A DNA stretch of 64,000 nt from Chrysomallon squamiferum (lineage: Eukaryota; Animalia; Mollusca): positions 10,664,001 to 10,728,000 of the forward strand of contig CM022679.1 of assembly GCA_012295275.1 (NCBI GenBank), in the 5' to 3' direction. The notes below the pieces were generated by a model. That model worked only from the letters and a program-made list of their open reading frames with translations. It did no database searches and had not been told where the DNA came from. Positions 58,960-64,000 of this stretch are shown here, piece after piece. The position numbers and the translations under genes are program-made. The stretch's first letter is position 1. Every line of letters starts with the position of its first letter.

Positions 58960-59157
58960 TGTATTTATTAATCGACACGCCCACCTCTTCACTTCCAACA
59001 TAACCAACAGTTTGACACATCATAACGCTGTGATTGGCTACTCTAGTCATGGTTCTATACTATTTATAACATTAGCCGGAAGTCTTCGTTTTGTAACTTG
59101 GAACTCTCCACACGGATAAGAACACATTTGTCAAAGTGAGTGGTAAACTTGTAAAGT
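58960..59157 (+). promoter_or_regulatory. Promoter/5'UTR of the xylosyltransferase gene
   Basis: CpG-enriched patch with cacgccc (SP/KLF, ~58976), gattggct (reverse CCAAT, ~59032) and ccggaagt (ETS, ~59076) just upstream of the ATG. Confidence 0.65.
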
Positions 59158-59391
59158 ATGGCTATATCTAGGATCGTGTCCTCGCAAAGAATGTGTTCAC
59201 GTTATAAATATTTCTTTTATATTGCTCTTGTGATGTTAGGACTTCAGATGTTCCTTGGATACAGCATATATAACATGATCCGACCAGATAATCCGGACAA
59301 TCGATCGGATAACATATTTTCTGTAAAAAATCCCTTTGAAGCATCACGATTTTTCAGACACGGAGGTGTAAATATTCAGCAGACGAATTCG
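59158..59391 (+). CDS. oxt: Peptide O-xylosyltransferase (oxt/XYLT-like), first coding exon (type II membrane anchor); the rest lies beyond the window
   Basis: MAISRIVSSQRMCSRYKYFFYIALVMLGLQMFLGYS... has a short basic tail followed by a transmembrane segment with the RY(K/R)..F.......Q.FL.Y pattern of Drosophila oxt and XYLT2 N-termini. The exon ends in phase 0 at tcg|gtaagt. The catalytic domain is not visible. Confidence 0.65.
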
Positions 59392-59683
59392 GTAAGTTTT
59401 TCTACTGGTATATATTTTTGAGTTGAATGACGTAATCTTGTTTTCAGCATTTAACAATATAAGATGCACTCTTAGTTTATGTAACATTAATATTTATATT
59501 GCTCAGTGACTAATTTTAATTTATATTTCAACATTGAATACTTTATTCATTATTAGTCTACTGTTACTATACTAGTGTTAGTGTTATTAACTGTCAGTGT
59601 CAGCAGAGCTTTTATTTTAAATTTATAAGTGGCAATATAAATACGAATTTTTATAGAATAAAAATTTCCCTTTCAAACTAACA

Positions 59684-59772
<89 letters not shown>

Positions 59773-60929
59773 TTTTTAAATTAGAAAAAGTGGATTAAAA
59801 GTTACTTTGAGGTGCCATGATCTGTTTACCTTGTTTACATTCAGACATATCTTAATAACCCAAAATTTGTTATTTTAACTGTTAACACTCAGAACTATAC
59901 AGTGTCTATAACAATGATTGGTTTGCTGTTAATAACCTTTTTGATTATATAATTAATGTTTTTACAATCATGAAAAAACAACATGAACAATATGTAGACA
60001 GTAATGATTTTTGTATGAACCAATGCAGAATTTTAGTTAATTACAATTTGTTAAAACCACACTCATGACAGCAGGTGTCTCCTCTTTGCTGGACACTATT
60101 GTTCTTATATAGAAATCAGTGATTCACATTAATCCCTAGTACAATAGGCAGTTATGATTCCATTAATAACCTGAACAAATCAGTGGCAGTTCCTTTGCTC
60201 TAGCTTGGTACAGCTTGGACTGGACTGGATTGAATATAGGGATGGATGCCACAATGTTGTTGGCTTTTAATTAAATCTCTCAAGGTATTAATAGTAGATG
60301 GACAACCGACTTTGCAACACTTCCAATGAACAGTATTTCTTTTACTACTCTTGATCCTGAACCTATGTCCCTGATGCACTAAACTTTGGAATAAATATCA
60401 AATTGACCTGTGCTTATATATATATATATATATATGTGTATACTTTTGTTTAACATTACTCACTTGTATAAACATGAATGAGTATGTGCTATCATGATAC
60501 AACTATACATTTGAACAGTTTTCATGGGAGTTGTGATCAAGAGATAAGATTAGATAAGGAAATTATAATGTGATTGTTACTGCATCATATACTTGTATTT
60601 AGTGAAACAGACCATAACCTCCCTTGCAATGGACTGTTACTGTTAATCTGTTCAGGTGTCCGGCAAAGTAGGGGTAAACCATGACAACATCCCAGAAAGT
60701 ACCTGCTGGTTGTTTAGCCTCTTGACAATTAGACAAAACTTAAACAAAACTTGTTGAATTTAAATATTACCTCTCTTTAAAATTAGTTAATATTTTGGTA
60801 AACATTCATTAATAATTTGGATGATATATCAGTTCATTTTAATTTGTAGTTTTAAATCTTATAGTCTTTCTAGATCTTTAAGACAATACAATATATTTAG
60901 GTCTTAGTTTTTTCTGCATTATTTTGGTC

Positions 60930-60976
<47 letters not shown>

Positions 60977-61237
60977 ATGTTTGTGTGTTTAATTGGATGT
61001 ATATTTTATATATTTATAATCTCTGTAATATTTTATAAATATTGGAGATAAATGTTATTACTTGGACATATCCATGAGAGAATCACTGAATCACTGATAC
61101 CTGAATGTTTAATGACATATTATATGATTATATCTCCTGCCTATTAAGGATGATAAACAGATATAAGAAAAAGTTAAGTTCTATCATTCTGCAAAGTAGT
61201 CTTCATTTAGCAACATTGATGTTACAATATAATTTTA

Positions 61238-62366
61238 TAAACACCTTATGTTTGAAACAAAACCCTCATGCCTGGTAGTTTTAAAAAACTAGTGGGTACA
61301 CTGGTTGTATTGGAAATTAGTCTAAAGAACACATCAAGTAACCAGCAAGTATTGAATTTTATGATCCACAGGTTATTCTTCAATTACTAAAACAAAATGG
61401 TTTATAAAATAAACAATTTAAAACAAAACCTCTTCATTATTTGTTTGATGATCACAGAGCTCTTGGTTGATTGAGAATTAGTCCAAGGAACATATCAAGT
61501 GACCAGCAAGTATTCAGTCTGTGATCCACACTTTTATTCTTCAACTAGAAACACAGGATTATTTAATAATATGAGCACCTTATCCAAACTTCCTGAGTGT
61601 TAGTTTGAATAAACTAGTTACACAGCACTGGTTGGATCACATCAGATGACCAGCAAGTATTGAATTGTTACCTGCAAGATTTTCTTCAATTGTAACAAGA
61701 GATATTTTATAAATAGAAACACCTTATATTTTAAACAAACCCTCATGCCTATTAGTTTTGGTAAACTAGTGGGATTAATGGTTGGATTGGGAATTAGTCT
61801 GAGGAGCACATCAAATAACGAGCAAGTATTGAAGTATTTCCTGCTGCAGTACAAGTTTTGAACTGGTTATTAGTCTAAGGAATTGTTCTTCAGTTAGTAA
61901 TATAGGATATTTTATAATATAATCACCTTATCTTTGTAACAAAAACACGTCATCAGTATTAACTATTAGTATTAGTAGTTAATATTGCTACAGTATTAAC
62001 TATTACTATTAGTAGTTAATATAGCATCAGTATTAACTATTACTATTAGTAGTTAATACAGCATCAGTATTAACTATTAGCAGTTAATATAGCACTGACT
62101 GGATTGGTAATTAGTCTAAGGAAACCATCATTGACTAGGAAATACTGAAACTGGATAACTGATTCAGTATTTGCTAATTATTTGATGGTTTCCTTAGACT
62201 AATTACCAATCCAATCAGTGCTTTATTAACTGCTAATAGTTAATATAAATACCTTATTTATGAAACAATCCCTCATTCCTATTAGTTCTGATAAACTAGT
62301 GGGATCTGTGGTTGGATTGGGAATTATTCTAAGGAGCACATCAAGTGACCAGCAGATATTGAATTT
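61238..62366. repeat. Degenerate ~160 bp tandem satellite in the xylosyltransferase intron
   Basis: The blocks accttat...ccctcatgcct..tagttt...aaactagtggg...tggttggattgggaattagtctaagga.cacatcaagtgaccagcaagtattgaa recur about 6 times. Confidence 0.85.
62068..62245. repeat. Near-perfect inverted repeat (~82 bp arms, 13 nt loop) inside the satellite
   Basis: 62068-62149 versus 62163-62245, e.g. ggattggtaattagtctaaggaaaccatca / tgatggtttccttagactaattaccaatcc. Confidence 0.92.
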
Positions 62367-62685
62367 AACAGCAGGTATACTCTTATATTGCATTCTTGGA
62401 GATCAGTGATTATTTATGTATATGTTTTAAGTAACCATGCAAGTTTTAAATCCGTGAATACTTGTTTTAGAAGTCAGAAACTATTATTCATTTCACTGAC
62501 TGTAGCTGTTTAAAACAGTAAAAGGTTCATGCATTTGATGAAATATTGACATTGTGTCATATACATAAATGTCAGAGTGAAAAAGGACACTTAATCAAAA
62601 GTTATTAACAGCTAACATTTAATAATACTGTGCTGCATGATTGTTATCAATGAAATGCCAGAACATTTACAAGTTATTTTTTAAA

Positions 62686-62727
<42 letters not shown>

Positions 62728-62779
62728 GTTATTGTCATTATTATGATTATGATGATGATGATGATTATGATTATTATTA

Positions 62780-62832
<53 letters not shown>

Positions 62833-64000
62833 GATTATTATTATTAGCTGTCATTAAACAACATAAAAAATTGCATCATAATTCTTGAAAACAAAACAGA
62901 AAAAGGATGAATAGTTTTATTTAAAAATCCTTTAGGCAATCAATAACAATGTCTTCTGTCATAACATCTATATAAAAATAACCATGTATGCTTGGCATTT
63001 AATAAATATTCATGGAAAATGTATTGAAGTGTCACTAAATAGTCCTGTTTGTGTATAAAACTGATGGTTTGCTCAAATCAGTCAGTGTTACTGGTGCACT
63101 GTTTTAAAACTAAACATTACCTGTTGGCTAGAGCAGTGTTACAGATCACTTCAGACAGTATATACAATTTTATATGTGCAGTGTCTTCATATGTTCTTAA
63201 CACTTACTATATGGATAGAGAGAGAGTGTGTTGAATGTGTGTGTGTTTATATATGATCGAAAAGGTGTACATCTTTCATGTATCAGTATATAATATCACA
63301 TATATTATATATTACATATCTTGTGAAACTTTAAAATCATCTAATTTGTAATTTGGAATTGAATCATTCTGTGAAAATTTAAAGGTTTGATTTATAGTTA
63401 TGATTTAGGTACAATTATAATCCTATGCAATAAAATTATAAATTGATGCAGTTAATTGCATGGCTGGAACATCTTTAAAGTTATTGTTTGTTATTACAGA
63501 TCATCTTAAATGATTTAAACAGACATGCACACACATACACAAACACCCAAACATGTTGTTAGTTAAACCAACTGAAATAAAGCCATTGTTTATCATTCTA
63601 AAAAAAATGTTTTATTTAAAATGTCTGTCTGTCTCTTACCCAAATAATTATCCAGAACAATTCAAGTGTGATAAATAGGTTTTTATTAGTTTTTAATATT
63701 TCTAATGTTAATAGATCTTAGAACAGTTTTCATATTACATAACAGTCCTACAGCTTGCCAGAGATAATCTTAATCCTATTTTCCTCTAAATAATGTACAA
63801 ATTTACCAGACTAATTAATACACAAAGAGGTTTAAACTATTTTTCTTTCTTTTTTTCTTTTTTTTACTTTCTCATATATATGTATGTATGTATTCTTTTT
63901 CATCTGGCATTTTTAAATTTAATTTAATTTATTTTTAATTTTATTATTTTATTATTATTATTATTATTATTATTTTTCTCCCTCTATCCTGTATAATTTA

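Noticed and set aside
61953-62095. CRISPR-like 37-bp palindromic repeats
   Set aside because: The units are head-to-tail with no unique spacers, there are no cas genes, and the context is a eukaryotic intron.

Overview
AT-rich, microsatellite-dense metazoan genomic DNA with spliced genes. It is probably a mollusc, judging from SINE remnants that I matched from memory; the taxon is not proven. Five protein-coding genes were reconstructed by hand from GT-AG exons. (1) The 3' part of Rab40 (Rab + SOCS box + CAAX; +, 931-2648). (2) A secreted astacin/meprin-like metalloprotease with astacin-Sushi-MAM-MAM-MAM architecture (+, 17897-33914). (3) Complete RPS15A (-, 38993-36582, with a TOP first exon near 39450). 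(4) A head-to-head HEATR9-like gene of about 1040 codons (+, 40847-55498). (5) The first coding exon of a peptide O-xylosyltransferase (oxt/XYLT-like; +, 59158-59391). Most ORFs in the supplied track are simple-repeat artefacts. The most notable extras are: an unannotated H/ACA snoRNA candidate in RPS15A intron 1 whose 5' pocket fits the 28S A-loop pseudouridine; intronic tandem arrays made from copies of the adjacent splice junction in three different genes; a Met-turn Met-to-Thr substitution in the astacin; two homopolymer frameshifts; two long hairpins; a hAT-like MITE; and a sharp CpG mosaic that tracks the gene bodies.
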